NCBI GenBank assembly: GCA_031388245.1
Contig: JANNED010000174.1
Span: 4,263-68,262, forward strand
Origin: Variovorax sp.
GTDB taxonomy: Bacteria; Pseudomonadota; Gammaproteobacteria; Burkholderiales; Burkholderiaceae_C
Length of the DNA: 64,000 nt
Reading direction: 5' to 3'
Shown: piece after piece, positions 49,925-59,254 of the stretch
Position numbering within the stretch: position 1 is the first letter of the stretch
Layout of the letters: every line of letters begins with the position of its first letter
Program-made: the position numbers and the translations under genes
The notes under the pieces: model-generated
Told to the model about the DNA's origin: nothing
Seen by the model: the letters and a program-made list of their open reading frames with translations, nothing else
Database searches by the model: none

Positions 49925-50780
49925 ACATGTCACGGTGATTTTGGTCACCTACAACAGTGCGCATTGCCTTCATGCGCAATCGCTCAAGCTTGGCAAACAA
50001 GTTCATATCCTCCTCGTCGACAATGGCAGCCAAGACGACTTTGCTGCCCAGCGCAGCCAGCATATGCCGCAGGCTCGTTTGATCGAGTTGCCCAGAAACA
50101 TCGGTTTTGGTGCAGCAAACAATCGCGCCTTGAAACTGTGTGCCACGCCATTCGCTTTGCTGCTCAATCCTGATTGCCAAATCGATCCGGCGGGCATAGA
50201 GCGCCTTTTGGCCGTGGCTTTGCAATACCCTGATGCTGCGATTGTTGCACCCCAAATCACTAGGCCAGGTGGAGAACTGGAGGTCAGTTATCGATGGCCT
50301 TCAAAGACATGGGCTTCACAAGGGCCGGCGGCACAAGCGCATTGCTGTGTCGGCTTTGCGACCGGGGCGGCGCTGCTTTTGCGCTTGGAGGCATTTGAGG
50401 ATACGGGATTCTTCGACGAGAGTTTCTTTTTGTACTACGAAGACGAAGATTTGTGTTTACGCCAATTTTTAGCCCGGCGAAGCATCGTTATCGCGCCGGA
50501 AGTGCATGCCGTGCATGCCTCACGCAGCTCAGTAAAAGAAGGTTTTCCATGGCGCTCAGAATACATTCGCGGCTTTCACCATGCGCAATCCAAGCTCATT
50601 TTTCAAGCCAAGCATGGCCATGTGGATAAAGTGCAGGCGCTGCGTTGGCGCGTACTGCTTTTGGCGCTTTTGAGTGTGCCGATCCGGCTGTTATGGCCGC
50701 AGCCTCGTTATTTGGTTCGTTTGTTCGGTCGAATTGCAGGTCTGGTCCGCTACCGACTTCCATACACGCTTAAGGCATGA
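49905..50780 (+). CDS. Family 2 glycosyltransferase
   Basis: VTYNS, VDNGSQD, NIGFGAANN, LLNPD, FFLYYEDEDLC; start uncertain. Confidence 0.88.
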   Translation: MNPLLLEHVTVILVTYNSAHCLHAQSLKLGKQVHILLVDNGSQDDFAAQRSQHMPQARLIELPRNIGFGAANNRALKLCATPFALLLNPDCQIDPAGIERLLAVALQYPDAAIVAPQITRPGGELEVSYRWPSKTWASQGPAAQAHCCVGFATGAALLLRLEAFEDTGFFDESFFLYYEDEDLCLRQFLARRSIVIAPEVHAVHASRSSVKEGFPWRSEYIRGFHHAQSKLIFQAKHGHVDKVQALRWRVLLLALLSVPIRLLWPQPRYLVRLFGRIAGLVRYRLPYTLKA

Positions 50781-52123
50781 TGCTGGCTATGTCGAACGAA
50801 CTTCATTCACCCCAAAACCAGCGCATCGGCTGGTTGCAAGCGCTCAACGTTTATCTCGAAACCCCCACACTGCGGATGCTTGCTTTAGGTTTTTCTGCCG
50901 GGCTGCCTTTGCTTCTTGTGCTTGGCACGCTCAGCTTTCGCTTGCGAGAGGCTGGCGTTGATCGAGCCACCATTGGGTTTTTAACCTGGGTGGGGCTGGC
51001 GTATGGCTTCAAGTGGTGTTGGGCGCCGCTGGTTGATCGCTTGTCCATTCCCTTGCTCACGCGCTGGCTCGGCCGGCGCAGGTCTTGGTTGTTGCTATCG
51101 CAGTTGGTCATCATGGTTGGGCTGGTAGGCATGGCGGTATCAGATCCCAAACTGGCGTTGATGCCCGTCGTTTGGAGTGCGCTGATCGTGGCCTTTGGCT
51201 CGGCGACGCAGGATATTGCACTGGACGCTTACCGTATTGAATCGGCTGACACGGATCGCCAAGCAGCTCTGGCGGCCGCTTATCAAACCGGCTATCGCCT
51301 CGCCATGATTTGGGCCGGCGCGGGTGTCCTCTGGATCGCGGCGCGCGCTGAAATTGCGACTGCGGCCAACTACGACCCCAGTGCTTGGCGTACCGCTTAT
51401 TTATGGATGGCCGGCTCGATGCTGGTAGGCGTGATCACGGTGCTGTTCTCGCCAGAGCCCGCAGCGCGCGTGATGACAAAAGCCAAGAATGCGCAAGATT
51501 GGCTGGTCACAACGCTGATCGAGCCCTTTGCAGATTTCTTCAAACGCTACCAATGGCAAGCAGCATTGATCTTGGGCTTGATCGCGGTCTATCGCATCAG
51601 CGATATCGTGATGGGTGTGATGGCCAATCCGTTTTATGTGGACATGGGCTTCACGAAAGACCAAGTTGCTGGCGTGACCAAAGTGTATGGCGTGATCATG
51701 ACACTGCTGGGCGCGTTCATTGGCGGCATTTTGTCAATGCGGCTTGGCGTGATGCGGGTGCTGATGCTGGGCGCCGTGCTCAGTGCGGTGAGCAATTTGT
51801 TGTTTGCTTGGCTTGGTGGCCAAGGCCCAAATGTGAATGCGCTGATTTGGGTGATCTCTGCCGACAATTTATCCAGCGGTATTGCTTCTGCTGCGTTCAT
51901 TGCTTACCTCTCTAGCTTGACCAACATCCAGTATTCGGCCACGCAATATGCGCTGTTTAGCTCGCTGATGTTGCTGCTGCCCAAATTTCTCGCAGGCTTT
52001 TCAGGACAAGTCGTCAACAGCATCGGCTACGCTGCATTTTTTACAGGCACCGCCTTGCTGGGTTTGCCAGTGATTGTGCTGGTGGCGCTGGCCAGCCGCT
52101 ACACCTCTGTCAAGACACCCTGA
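50777..52123 (+). CDS. ampG: Muropeptide MFS transporter AmpG
   Basis: LGFSAGLP, WAPLVD, GRRRSW, ATQDIALDAYRIE, ATQYAL. Confidence 0.93.
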   Translation: MMLAMSNELHSPQNQRIGWLQALNVYLETPTLRMLALGFSAGLPLLLVLGTLSFRLREAGVDRATIGFLTWVGLAYGFKWCWAPLVDRLSIPLLTRWLGRRRSWLLLSQLVIMVGLVGMAVSDPKLALMPVVWSALIVAFGSATQDIALDAYRIESADTDRQAALAAAYQTGYRLAMIWAGAGVLWIAARAEIATAANYDPSAWRTAYLWMAGSMLVGVITVLFSPEPAARVMTKAKNAQDWLVTTLIEPFADFFKRYQWQAALILGLIAVYRISDIVMGVMANPFYVDMGFTKDQVAGVTKVYGVIMTLLGAFIGGILSMRLGVMRVLMLGAVLSAVSNLLFAWLGGQGPNVNALIWVISADNLSSGIASAAFIAYLSSLTNIQYSATQYALFSSLMLLLPKFLAGFSGQVVNSIGYAAFFTGTALLGLPVIVLVALASRYTSVKTP

Positions 52124-52130
52124 GCGTGGC

Positions 52131-53786
52131 TCATAGAGCTTTCGCTGTCAGCGCAAAACCAGAGGCGCGCGCGCGCGGCCAATACATGCGAAACACATTG
52201 TGTGTTTCATCAATATTTGCGCTCAACAAGCTGCCCTCCCCAATTTGCGGGACCAAATTGGCTAGCAAGCGCACCTCGTTGTCGTTCACACGGCGCACGA
52301 TGTGATGCGCGGTGATCTGGCCGGGATGATGGAGCCCCGCCGCTTGCACGATTTCAGTGAGTGCATGCAAAGTTTGCGCATGAAAATGCTGCACCCGCTC
52401 GGCCTTGCTGGGCACATGCAGCGCTTTCATGCGATGCGCATCTTGCGTGGTCACGCCTGTGGGGCAATGCCCGGTATGACAGGCTTGTGCTTGTATGCAG
52501 CCTAAAGCAAACATAAAGCCGCGCGCTGAATTACACCAATCTGCGCCCAACGCCATCATGCGCGCAATGTCAAAAGCACTTACCACCTTGCCCGCACAAC
52601 CGATGCGCACGCGATCGCGCAACCCCGCACCCTTGAGCGTGTTGTGAACCAACAGCAAGCCTTCTTGCAATGGCGCACCCACATGATCGGTGAATTCCAC
52701 GGGCGCAGCGCCCGTGCCGCCCTCCGCGCCATCGACCACAATGAAATCGGGCACGATGCCCGTTGCCAACATGGCCTTCACAATTGCAAACCATTCCCAC
52801 GGATGCCCAATGCACAGCTTAAAGCCCACGGGCTTGCCACCGGAGAGCTCGCGCAGCTGAGCGATGAAAGACATCATTTCAAGCGGCGTTGAAAACGCGC
52901 TGTGCGCGGCAGGCGAGACGCAATCGACGCCCAGCGGCACACCACGCGCCGCTGCAATCTCCGCCGTCACCTTGGAGCCCGGCAGCAGACCGCCATGCCC
53001 CGGCTTCGCGCCTTGGCTCAGCTTGAGCTCGATCATCTTAACTTGAGGATCGCGTGCATTGGCTTGAAATTTTTCTGCGTTGAAGCTGCCGTCATCGTTG
53101 CGACAGCCAAAATAGCCTGAGCCGATTTCCCAGATCAAATCCCCGCCATGCTGGCGATGATGCACGCTGATGGAGCCCTCGCCCGTGTCATGTGCAAAGC
53201 CACCGGCTTTTGCACCCTGGTTGAGCGCAAGAATCGCGTTGGCGCTCAGTGCGCCGAAGCTCATGGCCGAGATGTTGTACACGCTGGCCGAGTAAGGCTG
53301 GGTACACGCATTGTGTGCAGAGCCGATCACGGTGCGAAAATCATGGCTTGGCACTTGGGTGGGCGCAACCGAATGATTGATCCACTCATAACCGTCGGCA
53401 CTCACATCAAGCTGCGTGCCAAAGGGTCGCTTGTCACTGTCGCCCTTGGCGCGGGCATAGACCAATGAACGCTGAGCTCGCGAAAATGGCGCGGCTTCAT
53501 TGTCGCCTTCCAAGAAATACTGCCGAATCTCCGGGCGGATGTATTCCATCAAAAAGCGCATGTGGCCAATCACAGGATAGTTGCGCAAAATGGCATGCTT
53601 GTCTTGCCGCAAATCTCGAATGCCCAACGCACTCAAACCCATGAACAACAATGTCCAAAGCCAGCCAACACCGAAAATAATCACACAAAACAAGCCCAAG
53701 AGGCTGAAAAATATGCAGGCAATGAAGGCGCTATAGCGAATCGGTAGCTGCGTTTCGAGTTTTGCTAACATATTGTTTCGATTCAT
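52131..53786 (-). CDS. FMN-binding glutamate synthase family protein with N-terminal TMs
   Basis: NISAMSFGALS, TGEG, KLSQGAKPGHGG, DGAEGGTGAAP, GCIQAQACHTGHCPTG; start 53786 or 53771. Confidence 0.9.
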   Translation of the reverse strand: MNRNNMLAKLETQLPIRYSAFIACIFFSLLGLFCVIIFGVGWLWTLLFMGLSALGIRDLRQDKHAILRNYPVIGHMRFLMEYIRPEIRQYFLEGDNEAAPFSRAQRSLVYARAKGDSDKRPFGTQLDVSADGYEWINHSVAPTQVPSHDFRTVIGSAHNACTQPYSASVYNISAMSFGALSANAILALNQGAKAGGFAHDTGEGSISVHHRQHGGDLIWEIGSGYFGCRNDDGSFNAEKFQANARDPQVKMIELKLSQGAKPGHGGLLPGSKVTAEIAAARGVPLGVDCVSPAAHSAFSTPLEMMSFIAQLRELSGGKPVGFKLCIGHPWEWFAIVKAMLATGIVPDFIVVDGAEGGTGAAPVEFTDHVGAPLQEGLLLVHNTLKGAGLRDRVRIGCAGKVVSAFDIARMMALGADWCNSARGFMFALGCIQAQACHTGHCPTGVTTQDAHRMKALHVPSKAERVQHFHAQTLHALTEIVQAAGLHHPGQITAHHIVRRVNDNEVRLLANLVPQIGEGSLLSANIDETHNVFRMYWPRARASGFALTAKAL

Positions 53787-53801
53787 TGAAAAAGGTATTT
53801 T

Positions 53802-55421
53802 ATGGGCAGGAAAGCAAGCACGAAGGGGAAAACTGCTTATGAAATATTTCTCCATGCATTCATTCTGTTGATCGGCATAAGTTGCAGCTTGGCGCAATCA
53901 CAATCATTATCAACAAGTGAGATCGCCGTATCGAGACGCGCTGAGGATGGTGCATTGATCAAATATGTCGTCACATCAGATGGGATCAACCCTGATAACA
54001 AGGCGCTGCTGATTGTCATACCAGCCAACTTAAGGCCCAATCCTCCGACCGCGCTGGCCAACTCATCAAGCTTTGTACAAACCGAACCTGCTCACTATCC
54101 CATCACGCGCAGCCGCATGCGCCTTTTAGAAGCTGGCTTTGGGTTGATTTGGCTCGCCGTGCCAGCCAATACTGGGCTGAACAGCACTGTGGCCACTGAT
54201 CCGCGCTTTTTATCCGACATGGAGGATCTGCTTGCTGCGATCAAGCGCCAGTATCCACAAATGATTCGTATCAGTGTTGGCTCTGAAGGATTGGCCATGG
54301 CGAGCGCGGGTCTGGCGATGCGCGGCAGCAAGCATGTCGATGGCCAATTGATCTTGGCACCATTTTGGCCACGCATACGCGAAGAAAAATTAGAACAGGG
54401 CAGCGCTGCCAATGTCTTGGTGATTCATGACAGCACCAACCAATGCTTCATCGCATCGCAAGTTGAAACCAAAGAATATATTCATCGCACCGGCTGGAAA
54501 GACATTCCTTTTCAGCCAGAGAAAATGTCGCTCATCGGGCAATGTGGTTCGGGCTCTAGCTATCTTTTGCCAGGCATTGAAAATCTGTTGCCAACATTGC
54601 TCTCGGACTGGCTGCAAAAAAAAGTAGCCATCAGCAGACCTGACACTGCGCTTCAAGCGAGCGTGAAAGAACGCGTCATCATGGCCTCTGGAAAGCAGGG
54701 CAAACTCGAAATCACGCTGCTCGCTCCACCAACTCCCGGGCCGCATCCCGTCGTCATTTTTAACCACGGCGATATCGTCATGGATATGCCGTGGATCAAA
54801 TATCGTCAGCGCTATGTCGATGCCAGCATCGCAACGACACTCTTAAGGCAAGGCTACGCTGTGGCAATGCCCGCGCGCCCCGGCGTGGGGCGATCTGAGG
54901 GCACGTATCGCTATGCTCAATACGCCATCAATGACGGCGATCCCAGCTACAAAGCGCGCAATCATGCTGTGGCTGTGATGGATGCGATTGCTGCACTGAG
55001 GCAAGAAAATGGGCTCGATATGAAGCGCTTCGTCTTAGCCGGTCAATCTGCCGGTGGCGATACAGTGATGTATTTATCATCACAAAACATCGATGGTTTG
55101 AAGGGCATCATCAATTTCTCCGGCGGCAGGAGCAATCATCCCGACGGGCAAGCACCGACCTTTGAAAACAAGATGATGATCAGCGGCTGGGGCGAGCTAG
55201 GCGCGGCGGCGAAAGTGCCCGTTCAATTGGTGTTTGCTGAAAATGATTCTCGCTACACTGCAAACACGATTCGCAAATCTCATGAAGCATTTAATCAAGC
55301 GGGTGGGAAATCAGAGCTCTTTTTAGCACCCCCAGTGTCGGGCGATGGGCACTTTATCAGCTCGCAACCCGCCTTGTGGAGCCAACCCGTTTTGGATTTT
55401 TTAAGTCGCGTGATGCCTTGA
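53802..55421 (+). CDS. Secreted two-domain alpha/beta hydrolase (C-terminal dienelactone-hydrolase-like domain)
   Basis: Signal-like N-terminus; C-domain FNHG, GVGRSEG, GQSAGG, AEND, GDGH. Confidence 0.7.
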   Translation: MGRKASTKGKTAYEIFLHAFILLIGISCSLAQSQSLSTSEIAVSRRAEDGALIKYVVTSDGINPDNKALLIVIPANLRPNPPTALANSSSFVQTEPAHYPITRSRMRLLEAGFGLIWLAVPANTGLNSTVATDPRFLSDMEDLLAAIKRQYPQMIRISVGSEGLAMASAGLAMRGSKHVDGQLILAPFWPRIREEKLEQGSAANVLVIHDSTNQCFIASQVETKEYIHRTGWKDIPFQPEKMSLIGQCGSGSSYLLPGIENLLPTLLSDWLQKKVAISRPDTALQASVKERVIMASGKQGKLEITLLAPPTPGPHPVVIFNHGDIVMDMPWIKYRQRYVDASIATTLLRQGYAVAMPARPGVGRSEGTYRYAQYAINDGDPSYKARNHAVAVMDAIAALRQENGLDMKRFVLAGQSAGGDTVMYLSSQNIDGLKGIINFSGGRSNHPDGQAPTFENKMMISGWGELGAAAKVPVQLVFAENDSRYTANTIRKSHEAFNQAGGKSELFLAPPVSGDGHFISSQPALWSQPVLDFLSRVMP

Positions 55422-55451
55422 GCTTTAACTGCCAGCACTGATAAAAACAGC

Positions 55452-56336
55452 TCATAACGCTTTTGGTAGCTGATTGCCCAAGAAATCGTACACAGCTTTG
55501 ATACGGGCGTTGCTGCGGATTTCCCTGTGCACCACCAGCCACATGGGCAAATCAGGAATTGGCAGTTGCGTCAACAGGGGTATCAGTTGAGCATCGGTCT
55601 GTGCCAAATAATCGGCAATAAAGCCGATGCCCACACCCGCTCGCACCGCGCCAAACTGCGCCATCAAATCATCGGTGCGCAGCACCAAGCGAGCGGGATC
55701 GATGCTGTAACCAAAGGCTTTGATGCCACGCTGAATGGCTTCATCTTTGTCGCCCGCAATCAAATCGTGCGCGAGCAAGTCGGTGGGCTGCTTCGGGCTG
55801 CCTCGGCGGCGCAAATAATCTTGGTGGGCATACACGCCAATGGAGACTGCTCCCACGCGCTTGGCAATCAAGCTGCTTTGCTCCGGCTGCACCATGCGCA
55901 GCGCGATATCAGCTTCGCGTTTGAGCAAATTGCTCACGGCATTGCTCACCACCAGCTCCACGCTGATCTCCGGCAAGGCCAGCCGCATGCGGGCCAGCAG
56001 CGGCGGCAGAAGCACGCAAGCAATCGGCTGGCTGGCGCTGATGCGCACGCTGCCCGCGCGCTCCGATTGCCCGCCGCTGGCTTGCCGCGCGAGGTGCATT
56101 GCACCTGCCTCCATTGCCCGAGCGGCATCTGCCAAGCGCAGCGCCATTGGCGTGGGCAGCAGGCCGCGCCCGGTGCGCTCAAACAAAGTTGCGCCGAGTT
56201 GCGCCTCCAGCTCAGCAATATGCCGCCCCAAGGTGGGCTGGCTCGATTGCAGTGCCTTGGCTGCGCCGAGCAGGCTGCCATGGTCGAGCGCGGCAAGGAA
56301 GGAGCGAATCAAGCTCCAGTCAAATGAGGTATTCAT
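55452..56336 (-). CDS. LysR family transcriptional regulator
   Basis: DWSLIRSF..GSL.GAA..SQPTLGRHIAELE, READIALR. Confidence 0.93.
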   Translation of the reverse strand: MNTSFDWSLIRSFLAALDHGSLLGAAKALQSSQPTLGRHIAELEAQLGATLFERTGRGLLPTPMALRLADAARAMEAGAMHLARQASGGQSERAGSVRISASQPIACVLLPPLLARMRLALPEISVELVVSNAVSNLLKREADIALRMVQPEQSSLIAKRVGAVSIGVYAHQDYLRRRGSPKQPTDLLAHDLIAGDKDEAIQRGIKAFGYSIDPARLVLRTDDLMAQFGAVRAGVGIGFIADYLAQTDAQLIPLLTQLPIPDLPMWLVVHREIRSNARIKAVYDFLGNQLPKAL

Positions 56337-56362
56337 TTTTGAATTTCTGATGTGAAGAGTTA

Positions 56363-56380
56363 GGCAATTGTGCAATAGCC
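56363..56380. promoter_or_regulatory. Near-palindromic operator between divergent LysR and oxidoreductase genes
   Basis: GGCAATTG-TG-CAATAGCC (one mismatch). Confidence 0.45.
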
Positions 56381-56422
56381 AAGAAGTTTTCACAATCGGC
56401 TTCACACATTGAAAGGATCATC

Positions 56423-57607
56423 ATGGAACGCAGAAACTTCATTCGATTGGCAGGCGGCGGCACAGTGCTGGCAGCCACGGCAACACTAAGCGGCTGCTTG
56501 AGCAGCGACTATCCCGCGCAAGCCTTGGAAGCTTGGAGCGGCCCCGCAGCAGACGAGACCGATCCGCGCCGCCGCGCTTTGGCCTATGCGATCACAGCGC
56601 CTAATCCGCACAATTTGCAGCCGTGGCTGGTGGATTTGCGCGAAGCCAATGTCATCACGTTGCGCACCGATCCGCAGCGCGTTTTGCCAGAGACTGATCC
56701 ATTTGGCCGGCAAATCATGGTGGGGCATGGCGCGTTTCTGGAGCTTTTGGTGATTGCGCTGGCTGAGCAGGGTTTGCGTGCCGATGTGCAGCTATGGCCA
56801 CAGGGCGAGCTGCCTGCTGAGCTGAAAGACTGGCGCGCTGCCATGAAGCTGCCCGTGGCACGCATCACGGTGACACCGGGCGGGCAAAAGGATGCGCTGT
56901 TTACTCAGATTTTGAATCGCCATACGGTGAAGACCAATTTCGACACCACCCAACAAGTGTCGGATACCAAGCTGCAAAGCATCCTCGCCTCGGGGGGCAC
57001 TTCGCGCATGCAATGCGGCGGCACGGTGCAAGAAGAGCGCCTTGTGCCTCTGCGCAAACTTTGCTTTGATGCCGCACTTCTTGAGATGCAAACACCCCGC
57101 ACGAATTTGGAAAGCATCCGCCTCGTGCGTGTGGGCCCCAGCGAAATTTTGCAACACCGTGATGGCATCTCGGTCAATTCACCCATGGTGCGCGCGCTCA
57201 CGGCATTGGGCCAGTTTGATCGCAGTCAGCCCCCCGCTGCTGGCAGCACAGCCGAGAAAAAATTCATTGAGCGTTTTGACGGCACGAGTAAAACAGCCAT
57301 GGGCTATGTCTGGATCACTGGCAAAAACACGCGAGCGGATCAAGTCGAAGCAGGGCGCGCCTATGTGCGCCTGCAACTAGAGGCTACAGCGCTTGGCATC
57401 AGCATGCACCCCTTAAGCCAAGCCTTGCAAGAGTTTGCCGAGATGAAGCCGCACTACGAGCAAGCCCACAAGCTCGTTTTAGGTCAAAGTGCCCCGCGCA
57501 GCGCTGCCGATATGACCGTGCAAATGCTTTGCCGAATCGGCTACACGCCAACGCCCGCACCGGCCACGCCACGTCGAGCTTTGGACAAATTCATCACAAC
57601 AGCATAA
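56423..57607 (+). CDS. Tat-exported Acg-like FMN-binding nitroreductase-fold lipoprotein
   Basis: ERRNFI twin-Arg, LSGC lipobox, APNPHNLQPW, LPETDP, GRAY.RL.L.AT. Confidence 0.8.
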   Translation: MERRNFIRLAGGGTVLAATATLSGCLSSDYPAQALEAWSGPAADETDPRRRALAYAITAPNPHNLQPWLVDLREANVITLRTDPQRVLPETDPFGRQIMVGHGAFLELLVIALAEQGLRADVQLWPQGELPAELKDWRAAMKLPVARITVTPGGQKDALFTQILNRHTVKTNFDTTQQVSDTKLQSILASGGTSRMQCGGTVQEERLVPLRKLCFDAALLEMQTPRTNLESIRLVRVGPSEILQHRDGISVNSPMVRALTALGQFDRSQPPAAGSTAEKKFIERFDGTSKTAMGYVWITGKNTRADQVEAGRAYVRLQLEATALGISMHPLSQALQEFAEMKPHYEQAHKLVLGQSAPRSAADMTVQMLCRIGYTPTPAPATPRRALDKFITTA

Positions 57608-57645
57608 GGTGGCTCTTTTGCGCAGAACGCTTTCGCCATAAGCAC

Positions 57646-58155
57646 TTAGGCATTATCGGACAGCAGCGCCAGTAGCCGCTGCAAAGCATGCGCCACGGTT
57701 TGCTGGCGCACAGCGTCGCGATCGCCAGCAAAGCGCTGCATCTCGCTGTGCAAACTGCCTTGGCTCCAAAAGCCAAACCAGACTGTGCCCACTGGCTTGG
57801 CCACACTGCCGCCGCTGGGGCCGGCGACACCCGTGACGGCGATGCTGATCTGAGCCGCGCTATGGCGGATCGCCCCAAAAGCCATGGCTCGGGCTGCAGC
57901 CTCACTGACGGCACCATGCGCTTCGATCAAGGCAGCATCCACGCCGAGCAGCTCGATCTTCGCAGCATTGGAATAGGTCACAAAACCGCGATCGAACCAA
58001 TCCGATGAACCGGCCAAATCCGTACACGCCGCGCTGATCAGCCCACCCGTGCAACTTTCAGCCGTGACGAGTTTTAACTCATTTTTTAGAAGAAAATTCG
58101 CTAATTGCCGGCATAAATACTGCGTAGTTTGCTCATTTTTTGATAGTGACTGCAT
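57646..58155 (-). CDS. cinA: CinA/PncC nicotinamide-nucleotide amidohydrolase family
   Basis: TAESCTGG, GSS.WF, TYSN.AK, GAVS, TGVAGP.GG..KPVG. Confidence 0.9.
   Translation of the reverse strand: MQSLSKNEQTTQYLCRQLANFLLKNELKLVTAESCTGGLISAACTDLAGSSDWFDRGFVTYSNAAKIELLGVDAALIEAHGAVSEAAARAMAFGAIRHSAAQISIAVTGVAGPSGGSVAKPVGTVWFGFWSQGSLHSEMQRFAGDRDAVRQQTVAHALQRLLALLSDNA
58107..58147 (-). repeat. 41-bp bipartite motif, copy 9 (encodes the CinA N-terminus)
   Basis: Reverse complement ACTAT-CAAAAAA-TGAGC-AAACTACGCAGTATTTAT-GCCGGC; encodes SLSKNEQTTQYLCRQ. Confidence 0.8.
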
Positions 58156-58168
58156 GGCCGATCATCCC

Positions 58169-58699
58169 TCAAAATCGCCACAACGCAATCAGAAGCAGTG
58201 TGCAAGCTGCGGCCACCAGATCATCGAACATGATCCCAAAGCCACCCGAGTAGCCAAAGCCATGAAACAGCTCGTCAGCCCAAGCCACCGGGCCAGGTTT
58301 GACCGCATCGAAAAAGCGAAACAGCGCAAAGGCCGCGAGCTGCGCCATCAAGCCTGCGGGCGAGATGAGCCAAAGAATGATCCAAAACGCCACCACCTCA
58401 TCCCAAACGATTGCACCGGGATCGAGCACACGCAGGTGCGCGGCAGTCACCGTGCAAGCCCACCAACCCACAAAGAGCGAGGCCAAGATCACGCCGCCGA
58501 TCTGCGCCTCCGAGAGATAAAGCTGCATCACTGAAAACGCTGCCCATGCCCAGAGTGTGCCCGCCGTGCCTGGAGCGATGCGAGAGAGGCCCGAGCCTGC
58601 GCCTAAAGCGATGAAATGCGCCGTATGGGACAACAAAAATTTTGCACCAGGGCGCAAGACACTGGGGCGTATAGGCGGGGAAAGGGCTTGCGAATTCAA
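58169..58699 (-). CDS. pgpA: Phosphatidylglycerophosphatase A
   Basis: [36 protein letters not shown]; TTG start overlapping fur TGA. Confidence 0.93.
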   Translation of the reverse strand: MNSQALSPPIRPSVLRPGAKFLLSHTAHFIALGAGSGLSRIAPGTAGTLWAWAAFSVMQLYLSEAQIGGVILASLFVGWWACTVTAAHLRVLDPGAIVWDEVVAFWIILWLISPAGLMAQLAAFALFRFFDAVKPGPVAWADELFHGFGYSGGFGIMFDDLVAAACTLLLIALWRF

Positions 58700-59139
58700 G
58701 CGCTTTTGCCGGCTGCAAGCTTGTTCGGGCAAGCCGTCTTGGTGCAGCGGGCATAAAGCGAGAGTGCATGCTCTTCTAATACAAAGCCCTTGAGCTTGGC
58801 CACCGCTGTTTGGCGCTTCTCAATCTCTGGATCGTGAAATTCCTCGACCCGGCCGCAATCGAGGCAGACCAAGTGATCGTGGTGTGTGCCTTCATTGAGC
58901 TCATAAACAGCTTTGCCGCTCTCGAAATTGCTGCGCGTGAGCAAGCCTGCCTGCTCAAACTGAGTGAGCACGCGATACACCGTGGCCAAACCAATATCCG
59001 TGCGCTCTCCCAACAAGACGCGGTACACGTCTTCCGCCGTCATGTGACGCTGCGCCCCGGCTTGGAAAATCTGCATGATTTTCAGGCGCGGCAAAGTGGC
59101 CTTGAGGCCGGTGTTTTTCAGTTCGTCAAGCGTGCTCAT
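58696..59139 (-). CDS. fur: Ferric uptake regulator
   Basis: [36 protein letters not shown]. Confidence 0.97.
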   Translation of the reverse strand: MSTLDELKNTGLKATLPRLKIMQIFQAGAQRHMTAEDVYRVLLGERTDIGLATVYRVLTQFEQAGLLTRSNFESGKAVYELNEGTHHDHLVCLDCGRVEEFHDPEIEKRQTAVAKLKGFVLEEHALSLYARCTKTACPNKLAAGKSA

Positions 59140-59189
59140 GGTGTGACTAGGGTGCTGCAAATCTGCTCGGTAGTGCAAAGCGAAGCCGC

Positions 59190-59207
59190 TACAATGGTTT
59201 GATCATA
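59190..59207. promoter_or_regulatory. Overlapping divergent -10 boxes for bamE (TACAAT, +) and fur (TATGAT, -)
   Basis: TACAAT 59190-59195 and ATCATA 59202-59207 in the fur-bamE spacer. Confidence 0.5.
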
Positions 59208-59254
59208 ACCTTTGTCTCCCAGAACGGGCAGCTTTGCCCGCTTGGATTGCCCTC

